Positions 51,920 through 60,941 of a stretch of DNA of 64,000 bases are shown here, in pieces. The stretch lies in the IMG/VR virus record IMGVR_UViG_3300045988_122291, positions 50,076-114,075 of that record; one strand, written 5' to 3'. The notes beneath the pieces were generated by a model, which saw nothing but the letters and a program-made list of their open reading frames with translations, was not told the origin of the DNA and ran no database searches. The stretch is from a virus. The translations under genes and the position numbers were made by a program. Each line of letters begins with the position of its first letter. Within the stretch, counting starts at the first letter, position 1.

Positions 51920-52156
51920 TTATTCTCTATTGTTTTCTAAATCCTCCCAATCAGTATAACCGAGCCATTCTGCAATAGTATCACGCTCAAACCAGAAAAA
52001 ATCATTGATTTCCGTATCTGTTGGGATTTCGCAGAAAACATCTTCTAATAAAGTCTCGACCGTTTCCAGTTCTTCACAAGTGAGGTCATCTGCGGTATCT
52101 TTGCCGCCAGACCAAAATTTGAAGTTGTCCAAACTATCTTCACATACATATTTCAT
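51920..52156 (-). CDS. highly acidic small protein (78 aa)
   Basis: About one third D/E residues, W/F-rich; early-region position. Confidence 0.5.
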   Translation of the reverse strand: MKYVCEDSLDNFKFWSGGKDTADDLTCEELETVETLLEDVFCEIPTDTEINDFFWFERDTIAEWLGYTDWEDLENNRE

Positions 52157-52191
52157 TTTAATTGACTCCTTTCAAATTGTCTACTTGACTT

Positions 52192-52229
52192 TGTGATACT
52201 AATATATCACATTATTTACACACTGTCAA
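52192..52229 (-). promoter_or_regulatory. promoter with palindromic 20-nt element
   Basis: TTGACA (52229-52224) N17 TATATT (52206-52201); palindrome 52192-52211. Confidence 0.55.
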
Positions 52230-52254
52230 GCATTATTTTTATTTTTCTTTTTCG

Positions 52255-52485
52255 TTACTCTTCAATTCCAATATAAAGCACATTTTCATTTGCGTAAAGC
52301 TCAGTAACTTTACAATATGCGTATTTGTTCATTCCACCATATACAAAACCCTTATACTGACCTTTGTAAATTTCCTGTTTCCGATAACCATTTTCCCGAA
52401 CATAAATACATACGTTCGCAAGTCCGCCAATGACATAGCCGACAGTCTGAAGTGCTACATTATTCATAATCTTCTTCATTTTCAT
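52255..52485 (-). CDS. hypothetical protein (76 aa)
   Basis: ATG 52485 behind AAGGGAG. Confidence 0.5.
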   Translation of the reverse strand: MKMKKIMNNVALQTVGYVIGGLANVCIYVRENGYRKQEIYKGQYKGFVYGGMNKYAYCKVTELYANENVLYIGIEE

Positions 52486-52652
52486 TTTTATTACTCCCTT
52501 CGCTTTAGCTTGTCCTAATAATATCACACGTTCTGCAATCCGTCAACCATTTTCAATCACGATTTTCTAATTTTGTATATATTGTTCAATTTTCGATATA
52601 AACTCAATGGATATATAGCAAAACTGCATAAATAGCGATAGACACGAAAAAA

Positions 52653-52672
52653 AGAGGGCTTTAAAGCCCTCT
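52653..52672 (-). terminator. intrinsic terminator
   Basis: AGAGGGCT-TTAA-AGCCCTCT followed on the minus strand by a T-run. Confidence 0.6.
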
Positions 52673-52679
52673 TTCTCTT

Positions 52680-52967
52680 TCAATCCATAGCGATAGCCGT
52701 TAAAATACGGTCATCTTCAATATTGTCCGTGCCGCGAGTATCAAACACGACAGCATAAAGGCGGCTTGCATCCAGTTCTCCATACACGCCCCAGACGTTG
52801 CCGTCCTCTGTCTCCAGATAGGTTAAACCACGGTCAACAGATACGACCTCGACGGCGTGTTCAATACGCAAGCTGTCATCACTCCATGCGGTAGGAGCGG
52901 CAGAAGTGGAAACGTTGCCAGCAATAAGAGCAGAAACGAGAGACGCGCAGATACCAAAATTTAACAT
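52680..52967 (-). CDS. secreted small protein (95 aa)
   Basis: N-terminal signal-like segment MLNFGICASLVSALIAGNVSTSAA. Confidence 0.5.
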   Translation of the reverse strand: MLNFGICASLVSALIAGNVSTSAAPTAWSDDSLRIEHAVEVVSVDRGLTYLETEDGNVWGVYGELDASRLYAVVFDTRGTDNIEDDRILTAIAMD

Positions 52968-53639
52968 AATTGATTGACTCCTTTCAAAAGTCGGTATTTT
53001 ATTTATTGTCTTTTCCCTTTCGGCATACTAAGTATAACATGACGTAAGCTATAACACAAGACTTTTTCTTCGTCAAACTACATAAAATTATTATTTCTCT
53101 TTTGTATAATATTTTATACTATATAATACATAATAGAGAACGTATACTATTTTAGTATACTTTTCATTCTCGCCGCATCCTGTTGATTATTATTGATACT
53201 TTATATCAATAGACATCTATTCCACTCTTAAAACCTGTCAATAATAATCTTATATAATATCACGCCTTTCATTTTGTATATTTTACTACTTGACAGAAAA
53301 TTATTGATAATTCGTATCAATAACATTGCATATGCCCCTATTTGGCGCGAGAATGCCCTGTATGCGCTTTTTGACTTCAAACGTGAATTTATATGCGGAC
53401 TTTCTGAAAAGCGCACGGGCTTCGATTTGTCAAAAACAGCGCTTTAATTTTGTATACTTTGCCTATTGATTGTGCGTTTTCTGTGCTATTTAGTAATGTT
53501 ATATAAAAGTAGGACTTTATATTTGTTACTATTGCATAAATGAGACGAGATAAAGAACAACGTGAACGATAATATACATTTAAATATATAAATGTCTATT
53601 ATCGTATTCGTTGTACTATATCAGACAGAACGAACGATA

Positions 53640-53935
53640 ACTAAAGTATACTTAAACGATACACATTATAACGGCTCTATTATATACTTTTATAGTACAC
53701 GTTCGCGTTAATGTATATTATTTCTGTATATGATTATTGTATATCATTTTAGTATACGATTGCCGTTTGAATGTATACCAGATAAGTATACAATAATTAT
53801 ATATCAGACAAGTACACTTTAATGTATACTATCATAGTATACAATAGAATGTATACTATTATTGTATACTTTACACACACATGACAAACGTATACCGAAC
53901 GAGTATATAATAAACATATACTATATGAGTACACA
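53640..53935. repeat. GTATAC-centred iteron array
   Basis: Perfect GTATAC at 53824-29, 53837-42, 53851-56, 53864-69 and 53890-95 (13-14-bp phasing), plus about 10 more GTATAC/GTACAC/GTATAT units back to about 53640 and outliers near 53143-53160 and 53452. Confidence 0.7.
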
Positions 53936-53940
53936 ATAAA

Positions 53941-54580
53941 GAGAGGAAGAGGAGGAGCAGGAGCAAGTGCAAGAATATGCAAGACGATGAATAAAGAGTG
54001 ATGATGATTGATGATAGAATGTAAGATGGTTACAAGTCGGTTACAAGGTGATTAGATGTAGAGATGAATACTATATAGGAAGGAGATGGAGAGGAGATAG
54101 AAGGGGGAATGAGGGGGAAAGTGCGGAGTTTATACCAGAAAAGAAGAAAATCGTAATATACACGCGCGAGAAGTTGCAAAAACGCGACTTTTTGTCAGCT
54201 TGTATCAATTTCCTGTATTCATATAGGATTTTAGGAAATTGCTTTATATCCCTATATTCCCGTAGGAATGCAGGGGGGAGGGTATCAGATTTACCATATA
54301 ATCACAATTATGCGGTGCTGATTACCAACATTTTCCATTCTGAAGAGGGGGTAAATTCTGGATGAAGAACCATTTTTTGGAACTTTTTTCGGCATTAGTC
54401 CTTACCAACACACCACCCCTAATTACTCCCATTTCCCCCATATTTTACCACCCCCTTTCCCTCCTCTTTCCTCTCCATTCGCTCCTCTTCCTACCCCACC
54501 CCCTGCCCATTCACCAGCCTTTCCTTCCCTATTCCAATCGGTCATTTTCACCATTTTCAACCCTTCAAATTTCCCCTTGA
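53941..54580. repeat. strand-asymmetric imperfect palindrome (purine-rich arm, pyrimidine-rich arm)
   Basis: 53941-54130 is GA-rich and 54400-54580 is CT-rich; TGGAGAGGAGATAGAAGGGGG (about 54085) resembles the reverse complement of CCCTCCTCTTTCCTCTCCA (about 54445). The centre holds the inverted motif pair 54212-54230 / 54256-54276. Confidence 0.55.
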
Positions 54581-54999
54581 AATTCCGTCATATTTTTATA
54601 GGGAGTTTTCACCTAAACCATCATATTTTTCAAACGACTTTTTATCTAAATTCACATATTTTTCAAACGAGTTTTAAATAAAAGAAAAGTTAATAAAATG
54701 TTTACAATTTATTCATATTGTTATAATAAGTTTGTGATAATGTTATAATGTGTGTCAAATTAAGATGCGCGTTAAAGTTACGTTGTTTTAACAACAAAAA
54801 TATACCTAAAATTATCTGTGGTTTTTCATGAGTTTTAAGGAGTGGCAGAACCGTTAAGAATTTTTGGACAAAAAATGTCTATATAACAAGGGCTATGATA
54901 TATATACAAAAAATGTCCAAAAATTAAAACGGCTTTAGCCAGTATAGGTAATACGACATATTTTGTCTTATGTCCAAAAATTTAAAAGGAGGTTTCTAT

Positions 55000-56097
55000 A
55001 TGAGAGAACCAAAAAAGAATCCAATAGAAAGTATGAAAGGAGAAGAATTAGAAAAGTTTATTGGCAACTTGAGAAAGATACAAGGCCAGCCGTTATCTTA
55101 TTCTAAACTATGTGAAGCATTGAACTTGCCGAAGAAGTCCAGCAATTCTAAAACAGCGCAATTAAACGACCTAAAGGTTATCTGTAATTTTGATATTAGT
55201 TCCAGCCCAACTCGATATACTATTACTGAAGTCTTTAGCTACTTACAGCCATGTATGGATTTCTTAAATTCTAATGTCATGCGGATTCAGTTGTCTATGG
55301 AATCAGCGCTCTTTCAAGCATTCTTAAATAATAATGGCAAAAGTTTATATCTATCTAATATGGAGTTGCTAAAGACCGTTGGAGCAGTTAATGAAAATTT
55401 CGCTTATTGTATCGACTATAAGGCATTAAACAAAATTGATAAGAACCTGCTTTATATGTCGGATATGGTCATGCCAGTTTACCGTTTGCTATCAGTCTGG
55501 GTTAAAAGAAAGATTGAAAAGATGGTTATTCGTGGGACGTTTCATACGGGATTTGGCTTTAGACTATATCGTTATCATAGAGGACAGTATGGTATGTATA
55601 TAACTAAGCATGATGTGCCGAGAGAAACTGAATTAAATAAAGAATGTATGGCGCTGTTCAACCAAGCCGTTAATCATTGTTTGCCAAGAAGCTGGGGAGG
55701 AGAATGGGTTTCAATCAAGACTTGGGAGAACTTTGAAAAGTACCTCGATGAAATTACCAGTGAATATTTTGAAGGTAAGGGCGATTATTATAAACTTCGG
55801 CGCATTACTGTTTATGAGCCGTCTAAAGACGAATGGATTTTACAACAGTTAAAGAATGTGAATGAGCAACTTAATGCTTTACAAGAAGTCAATAGCAAGT
55901 CTAAGTCGAAAATTCTTACAGGTAAACATATTGGTATTACTTATGATAAACAAGGTGACGAAGTTATTGATAGCGACTTTACTATTATGCAACGTGATAA
56001 ATTTGTAGATTATAATATTGACCTGCACCCACCAGTTATTTTCAAAGAAGTGTTGAAGCAGATTAACTATTTAGAATCGCTAAAAGAAAAGGAATAA
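55000..56097 (+). CDS. hypothetical protein, candidate DNA-binding initiator/regulator (365 aa)
   Basis: Only plus-strand gene in its neighbourhood; ATG 55000 behind AAAGGAGG; HTH-like SYSKLCEALNLPKKSS; ATGTCCAAAAAT repeats upstream. Confidence 0.6.
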   Translation: MREPKKNPIESMKGEELEKFIGNLRKIQGQPLSYSKLCEALNLPKKSSNSKTAQLNDLKVICNFDISSSPTRYTITEVFSYLQPCMDFLNSNVMRIQLSMESALFQAFLNNNGKSLYLSNMELLKTVGAVNENFAYCIDYKALNKIDKNLLYMSDMVMPVYRLLSVWVKRKIEKMVIRGTFHTGFGFRLYRYHRGQYGMYITKHDVPRETELNKECMALFNQAVNHCLPRSWGGEWVSIKTWENFEKYLDEITSEYFEGKGDYYKLRRITVYEPSKDEWILQQLKNVNEQLNALQEVNSKSKSKILTGKHIGITYDKQGDEVIDSDFTIMQRDKFVDYNIDLHPPVIFKEVLKQINYLESLKEKE

Positions 56098-56107
56098 GCA
56101 AAAGAAA

Positions 56108-56134
56108 AAGACCTTGATATTATTCAAGGTCTTT
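56108..56134. terminator. bidirectional terminator between convergent genes
   Basis: AAGACCTTGA-N7-TCAAGGTCTT flanked by A-run and T-run. Confidence 0.65.
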
Positions 56135-56160
56135 AGCATTAGTCCGTCATAGTTATTTGT

Positions 56161-56520
56161 TTATTCGAGTGTTCCAAGTTCAATAGATGTATAATAATCA
56201 TTTAGATTTAAAAAATCTTGGTCATTATTGTACATTGTTATATTTACATAACTATTATTGGTAGGTCTCGTAAATCGCGTCCAAACCGTATTATTATAAG
56301 GCTCTGGATAGAAGCAAAACCAATATTTAAGGGCAGCCGGGTCAGTACAAAAAGCACAAATAATAGAAATTAAATTATTTTTTGTCACAACTTTAATATA
56401 CTTATTAGTTATATTTGTATAAAAAGTATAATCTGTATTATATAAATCAGCTATTTGTTCAGTCTTAAACACCAAACTTCCTGCTTGCTTTTCCTGCTTA
56501 CCAGCAACAATAACATTCAT
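56161..56520 (-). CDS. MNGIVTGK-family paralogue P9 (119 aa)
   Basis: MNVIVAGKQEKQAGSLVFKTEQ ... SIELGTLE; ATG 56520 preferred over the TTG at 56526. Confidence 0.7.
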   Translation of the reverse strand: MNVIVAGKQEKQAGSLVFKTEQIADLYNTDYTFYTNITNKYIKVVTKNNLISIICAFCTDPAALKYWFCFYPEPYNNTVWTRFTRPTNNSYVNITMYNNDQDFLNLNDYYTSIELGTLE

Positions 56521-56624
56521 CAGCAATCACCACCTTTCGGCAGTCGATTACTTAACCAATGCCCCCCCCAAGTGGCGAGGTGGTTTGATAATGCTAAATG
56601 TTCTCATAGGGAACACTCCTTTTC
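56521..56624 (-). promoter_or_regulatory. poly-G uORF leader L8
   Basis: SD GGAG + uORF 56607..56548 (MRTFSIIKPPRHLGGALVK*). G8 tract 56562-56569. The G7/G10 frame is open to the TGA that shares its A with ATG 56520. CTGCC-GAAA-GGTGG hairpin 56530-56543 covers the SD. Confidence 0.6.
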
Positions 56625-57032
56625 TTAGTCTATTACCATTATTTCAACTTCAACTCTGGGACGCTTTGTGTCAACTTGAAACTCATGTTCAAACCCTATT
56701 ACATTCTTCCAGCCGTCATTATCAATGATATGAAACCTAATCAAGGCATCTTCGATAACTTTCATTCCAAAAGAGCATATATTTGACTTATCTCGTACCT
56801 GATTAGGCTCATACCAATGATATATGATGTAAATACTTAAATGCTCTAAGCTATCCAAAGGCTTGAAATATCGCTTTATCTTGTTTTCCCAAGATTGCTT
56901 AAAACTCTGAGCAGTTGAACTTCCTTGATAGCATTGAACAATATAAGTATTCAATGAAGGTAAAATAAATGGTATTGTGATTTTATATGAATTATCTTTA
57001 AGATGAACGCAATCAGGGCGATGGCTCATCAT
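56625..57032 (-). CDS. rusA: RusA-like Holliday junction resolvase (tentative)
   Basis: 135 aa; DKSNICSFGMKVIEDALIRFHIIDNDGW resembles the RusA D-x-D-N...K...DAL...DD core. Confidence 0.5.
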   Translation of the reverse strand: MMSHRPDCVHLKDNSYKITIPFILPSLNTYIVQCYQGSSTAQSFKQSWENKIKRYFKPLDSLEHLSIYIIYHWYEPNQVRDKSNICSFGMKVIEDALIRFHIIDNDGWKNVIGFEHEFQVDTKRPRVEVEIMVID

Positions 57033-57040
57033 AATTCTCC

Positions 57041-57412
57041 TTATTCAGCAGTAGCGTACATTGTATCTTCGGCTGGCTGTTGAGATACCATACCAACATC
57101 TTCCTGTACTTCAGCTTCGTCAGTTGGCGCTTCGTCAGCACTTTCATCTTCAATAGTAAGCATCAGCTTAACATACTTGCCATCTTCGCGTCTCCACTGA
57201 TAACCACTGCCCTTATCTTCATTCTCAATCTGAGCAAAAAGATAATCGCGTACAGCTTGGATAGCTTCAGAAGTCATGTCATGAGGGTCTACCCATTTAC
57301 CATTTTCTACTGTACCACCGACAATTACTGGAATAGTCTTACCTTCGTTATTGATGGAAGTACAAATCAGCTTAAATTCCTGTTTGGTTTCTTCAGCAAT
57401 CTTCTTAGCCAT
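57041..57412 (-). CDS. hypothetical protein with acidic tail (123 aa)
   Basis: Intact ORF. Confidence 0.55.
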   Translation of the reverse strand: MAKKIAEETKQEFKLICTSINNEGKTIPVIVGGTVENGKWVDPHDMTSEAIQAVRDYLFAQIENEDKGSGYQWRREDGKYVKLMLTIEDESADEAPTDEAEVQEDVGMVSQQPAEDTMYATAE

Positions 57413-57430
57413 AGTAATTTCTCCTTTATG

Positions 57431-57703
57431 TTAATTTTTTTTATGGATATTTCTCATTCGTTCAGCCATTTGCGCCTTTTGCTCTTCGGTGAACTCACGC
57501 TTAATTGGTGGCTTTGGTGCTCTAAACCAATTTGCAGGAACACGAGCATATACATAGCCATCAGCGTTTTTAGCCACAATTTCAACATCGTTTGGATATT
57601 GTTCTCTTAGCTTGTAAATATGATTGATATATTTACGTTCGTTTGTACCAAATTCAAGGTAATTATGGTCACTATCTTTAAGAATAGAAGTTTCAAACGC
57701 CAT
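57431..57703 (-). CDS. hypothetical protein (90 aa)
   Basis: Intact ORF. Confidence 0.5.
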   Translation of the reverse strand: MAFETSILKDSDHNYLEFGTNERKYINHIYKLREQYPNDVEIVAKNADGYVYARVPANWFRAPKPPIKREFTEEQKAQMAERMRNIHKKN

Positions 57704-57861
57704 TATGCAGTAACCTCTTCTTTCTTTTCTTCAACAATTACATTGTATGTACCGCACTGACACTTCTTACCACAACATTGACACTTATCTTTCTTAGTGA
57801 AAGCATATAGCTTATCAGCCAGCATATCGTTAGCGCAAGTTGAGCATAGAATCATTCGCAT
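57703..57861 (-). CDS. small Cys-rich protein (52 aa)
   Basis: CSTC ... CQCCGKKCQC; TAATG overlap with the next gene; GGAGAA SD. Confidence 0.4.
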   Translation of the reverse strand: MRMILCSTCANDMLADKLYAFTKKDKCQCCGKKCQCGTYNVIVEEKKEEVTA

Positions 57862-57876
57862 AGTTAATTCTCCTTT

Positions 57877-58179
57877 TTATTTAGCGTAGGATACTGTTAT
57901 AGGTAAGTGGTCAATCAGTTCTTCTTCGGCATCTGATTCAGCAATCATTGCGTCAATTTTTTCCTTGTGCTCAAGATAATCAATCAACTTGGCGAGATAC
58001 CATTGCGCTTTCCGAACATCCTCCAAGCCGTTTTTAGCTTCGTATCTCCAAAGATACTTGATTACATTTGCCACACATACAGCTTCAAGTCCAGTCTTAT
58101 TTGCTGTTGCTGATTCAAGAGCGTCAATACATTCGACTTTACCTTGCTTATAGTGTGAAGGGTTGATAGCGTCTGCCAT
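57877..58179 (-). CDS. DUF3310-family phage protein
   Basis: PSHYKQGKVECIDALESA ... NVIKYLWRYEAKNGLEDVRKAQWYL. Confidence 0.7.
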   Translation of the reverse strand: MADAINPSHYKQGKVECIDALESATANKTGLEAVCVANVIKYLWRYEAKNGLEDVRKAQWYLAKLIDYLEHKEKIDAMIAESDAEEELIDHLPITVSYAK

Positions 58180-58266
58180 AGCTTAGACCTCCTTATGTCT
58201 TTGTTTTTAGTGTATCATAATTTAGGCAAAAAGTCAATAATTAAATTGTGAACAAATTGTTAATAG

Positions 58267-58875
58267 TTAGCATTTGTAACCATTGTTAATATATTTTTTG
58301 CGAAACAGGTCTTTTTCAATAAAGAGAATATTGTCATTAACGTCATATAAATCGTCTGACCAATCGCCAATGGCAATACCATAGTCAGCATTATAAACTG
58401 TCATATATCGCTTCAGTTGTTTGATAGCCGCTTTATTAAATTGTCCAAATTTAATTTCAACAGGAGCGAGTTTTCCATTGATTTTTACCCATTTATCAGG
58501 GATGTCTTTTCCATTATTCAGAGATTCTTCTGTGGTTTCAATTAACATTCCCCAACTACAATAATCTATTACTTCTTGACCATAAATATCAAATAAATGA
58601 TGATATAAAAATTCATCTTCTTTGAACTCACAATTATCCATAAGAATAAGATATTCTCTAAAATTATCTACAAGGTCAATCAATTCTTTATCTTTGCTTG
58701 CAAGCGCTAATTCGCTAAGAACACCAATATCATTAAAAGCTGTACTCATATCTTCAGCGTTGAAATAATGTCTGGGAGTTTTACAGATATGATTTAAAAC
58801 TTCTACAAAAATTTTATAAAGTTTCGGAGAAGAATAGATTTTATTTTCTTCTATTGTGCTTACATTTTCTTTCAT
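58267..58875 (-). CDS. putative PD-(D/E)XK-type nuclease (202 aa)
   Basis: C-terminal PVEIKFGQ (E-x-K) after acidic segment; ATG 58875 behind GAGG; family not recognised. Confidence 0.35.
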   Translation of the reverse strand: MKENVSTIEENKIYSSPKLYKIFVEVLNHICKTPRHYFNAEDMSTAFNDIGVLSELALASKDKELIDLVDNFREYLILMDNCEFKEDEFLYHHLFDIYGQEVIDYCSWGMLIETTEESLNNGKDIPDKWVKINGKLAPVEIKFGQFNKAAIKQLKRYMTVYNADYGIAIGDWSDDLYDVNDNILFIEKDLFRKKYINNGYKC

Positions 58876-58955
58876 TGCATTTACCTCTTTTCTTTTTACG
58901 CTATATTTTGATAATCTAATTATACCATAAATTTGATAAAAATGCAAGTGGTATT

Positions 58956-60104
58956 TTAATCTTCATCTGGCGCGTATTCATCATCGACATACCAAATATC
59001 AACTTTGAAATGGTCTTTAAGAGCGTCAATAGCTTGCTGTGGCGTAATTGCAAAGAACTCTCTGTCTTTGTTTACTCTTTGTGCATCAAAATATTTGTGC
59101 ATTGCTGATTCAAGTTCAAAGCAATCATCGGAGAATACGAAGCAATGTGCCTTAAAGGGAATAGGCAAGCTGGAACTGGACAGTTCTCGAACTCGCGTCC
59201 ACGGGCTTTCTCTCCTGCTCACACCCACTTTCACAAGATTGGGAAGGCTTGGAGAAGAAATAACATAAAGCCAGCCAGACTTAGTATTAGTAAGGCGATA
59301 ATCAGCGTCAGCCATACGCTTATCAATATCAGCAATCTTTTCTTTAATGCTTTCGCGTTCTTCGTCTGTCAGAGCTTTATCAAAAGCAATATCCATAGCT
59401 CTCTTTTCTTCTTCTAACTTTTTCTTTAAGCGATTCATTTCGATGATAAGCTGTTCTTGCTCTTTAAGTCTGCGCTTTTGTTCGCGCTGTTCTTTACGCT
59501 GTTTTTCTTTAGCCAACTTTAAGTCAAGATATAATCGAATTAGCTTTTTGCACAGCGCATGATATTCATAATTGATAGCCGTACCAAGAGTGTCCGCACG
59601 TTTGTTAAGACGATTATAAGTGTTGTCTAATAGTTCAATCGTGCGTGAATAATTATTTTCTGTAACAGCTTTCTTTTTCTTTTCAAAATAATTATTATAT
59701 GCTCCAAGCAGGTTATTACTATACTCTTTCTGCATTTTTACCCCTTTAGGGACACTATTGTTCAAAGTATAAGTACGAATAATCTTGCATACAGTCGCAT
59801 TATTATACATTTTTGCAATGTTGCTTTCAATAGCAACAATCTTTTTGGTAATTTCTTCGTTATTGGTGTCCAATGGAGTATATTCTAAACCCATGTCTTG
59901 CATTTCTACATAACCGTTTAGAGCGCCAGTGGCAGACTGTAATTCTTCAAGATGCTGAAGTTCAGACATGACCTTGTTTTCAGTATCAGTCTTTAACCGT
60001 TCTTGGTCGGCAATATCGTGAAGCAATGAGTTTCTGCGCATTTCAAGACTTTGGATTTCTTTAGCGAGAGCATCGCGCTTAAATAGCGCATCAAACAATC
60101 CCAT
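58956..60104 (-). CDS. coiled-coil (DUF4041-like) + T5orf172/MUG113 GIY-YIG-superfamily domain protein
   Basis: Long N-terminal coiled coil; C-terminal GWLYVISSPSLPNLVKVGVSRR...LESAMHKYF...REFF. Confidence 0.6.
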   Translation of the reverse strand: MGLFDALFKRDALAKEIQSLEMRRNSLLHDIADQERLKTDTENKVMSELQHLEELQSATGALNGYVEMQDMGLEYTPLDTNNEEITKKIVAIESNIAKMYNNATVCKIIRTYTLNNSVPKGVKMQKEYSNNLLGAYNNYFEKKKKAVTENNYSRTIELLDNTYNRLNKRADTLGTAINYEYHALCKKLIRLYLDLKLAKEKQRKEQREQKRRLKEQEQLIIEMNRLKKKLEEEKRAMDIAFDKALTDEERESIKEKIADIDKRMADADYRLTNTKSGWLYVISSPSLPNLVKVGVSRRESPWTRVRELSSSSLPIPFKAHCFVFSDDCFELESAMHKYFDAQRVNKDREFFAITPQQAIDALKDHFKVDIWYVDDEYAPDED

Positions 60105-60389
60105 GATAATTACTCCTTTTATGATTTCTTAAAGACAGTGTAGCACACTGTTGGCTTGAAGTCAATAGTAATCATTGGTCAAAGCACGAAATTTTTTATT
60201 TGAGTAGCAAGGGTAGTGAAAGTTTATCTGTGAAATGCGAAAAGGAAAATTCGTAGCTGAAAGCAAAGGAAACAACTGTTGTGTAAAAGAAACAAGTGAA
60301 GGGGTTGACGAAAGTGTAGAAGAGCGGTATGATTAAAGCGCCGAAATTGGCGAGTTTGGTTAAACCGAAACAAACCTTTTCTTTTATTT

Positions 60390-60492
60390 AATTTTCTTTT
60401 AGTTATAAAAAACCATTTTATCTATATATAAGTCCTGCTTACGCAGTCCTTATATATATCTAAAGCCGTCATTTTATAACTAAAAGAAAATT
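60390..60492. repeat. ~100-bp palindrome in divergent intergenic region
   Basis: Perfect 21-bp arms AATTTTCTTTTAGTTATAAAA (60390-60410) / TTTTATAACTAAAAGAAAATT (60472-60492) with partly symmetric interior. Confidence 0.65.
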
Positions 60493-60686
60493 TTCAAGCA
60501 TTAATTACTTTAGTAATTTAACGCTTTAGTATGTTAAAGTGTATACGCAGTTAATCTTTGATTAACGTAGTACATATATTTATAATATATTTATATATTA
60601 TAACGCGTGCGCGTAGCACATATTTGTTAAAAAGTCAAGTCCTAAATTGTAAACAATTTGTAAATAAAATATGAACGGAGTATGAC

Positions 60687-60715
60687 TTGACTTTTTTGTA
60701 AAAATGTGTTACAAT
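60687..60715 (+). promoter_or_regulatory. sigma-A-type promoter of the plus-strand RNAP operon
   Basis: TTGACT N17 TACAAT; -35 lies in the right arm of a 13-bp inverted repeat (AAAAAGTCAAGTC ... GACTTGACTTTTT). Confidence 0.6.
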
Positions 60716-60752
60716 AGTTATAATAAATAACTGATTTTTAGTTAGAATCGAG

Positions 60753-60941
60753 GTGAGAATATTGGCTTGGTCAGAAATGAGTTATAACAAATATCATTCC
60801 GAAGATATTGTCGAAGAAAAGCAACGTCCAGCAAAGAAAAATCTGGATGATACATATAGCTTGCGCTTACAAAAACATCAAGAGATGGAAAAGAAGCGCC
60901 AAGAACGATTAAAGAAAAAGTACAAGGGTGAGCAACAATGA
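60753..60941 (+). CDS. small basic protein (62 aa; start uncertain)
   Basis: Stop overlaps the next start (ATGA); K/R/E-rich. Confidence 0.45.
   Translation: MRILAWSEMSYNKYHSEDIVEEKQRPAKKNLDDTYSLRLQKHQEMEKKRQERLKKKYKGEQQ

Noticed and set aside
53228-53982. Minus-strand ORFs 53228..53416 and 53797..53982.
   Set aside because: They read through the GTATAC iteron array (repetitive VY/IVY peptides) and have no SD, so they are artefacts of the repeats.
54048-54580. Plus-strand ORFs of 105 aa and 72 aa in the gene desert.
   Set aside because: They translate purine-only and pyrimidine-only low-complexity tracts (R/G/E-rich, then P/L/S-rich). They have no SD and overlap the palindrome, so they are not credible genes.
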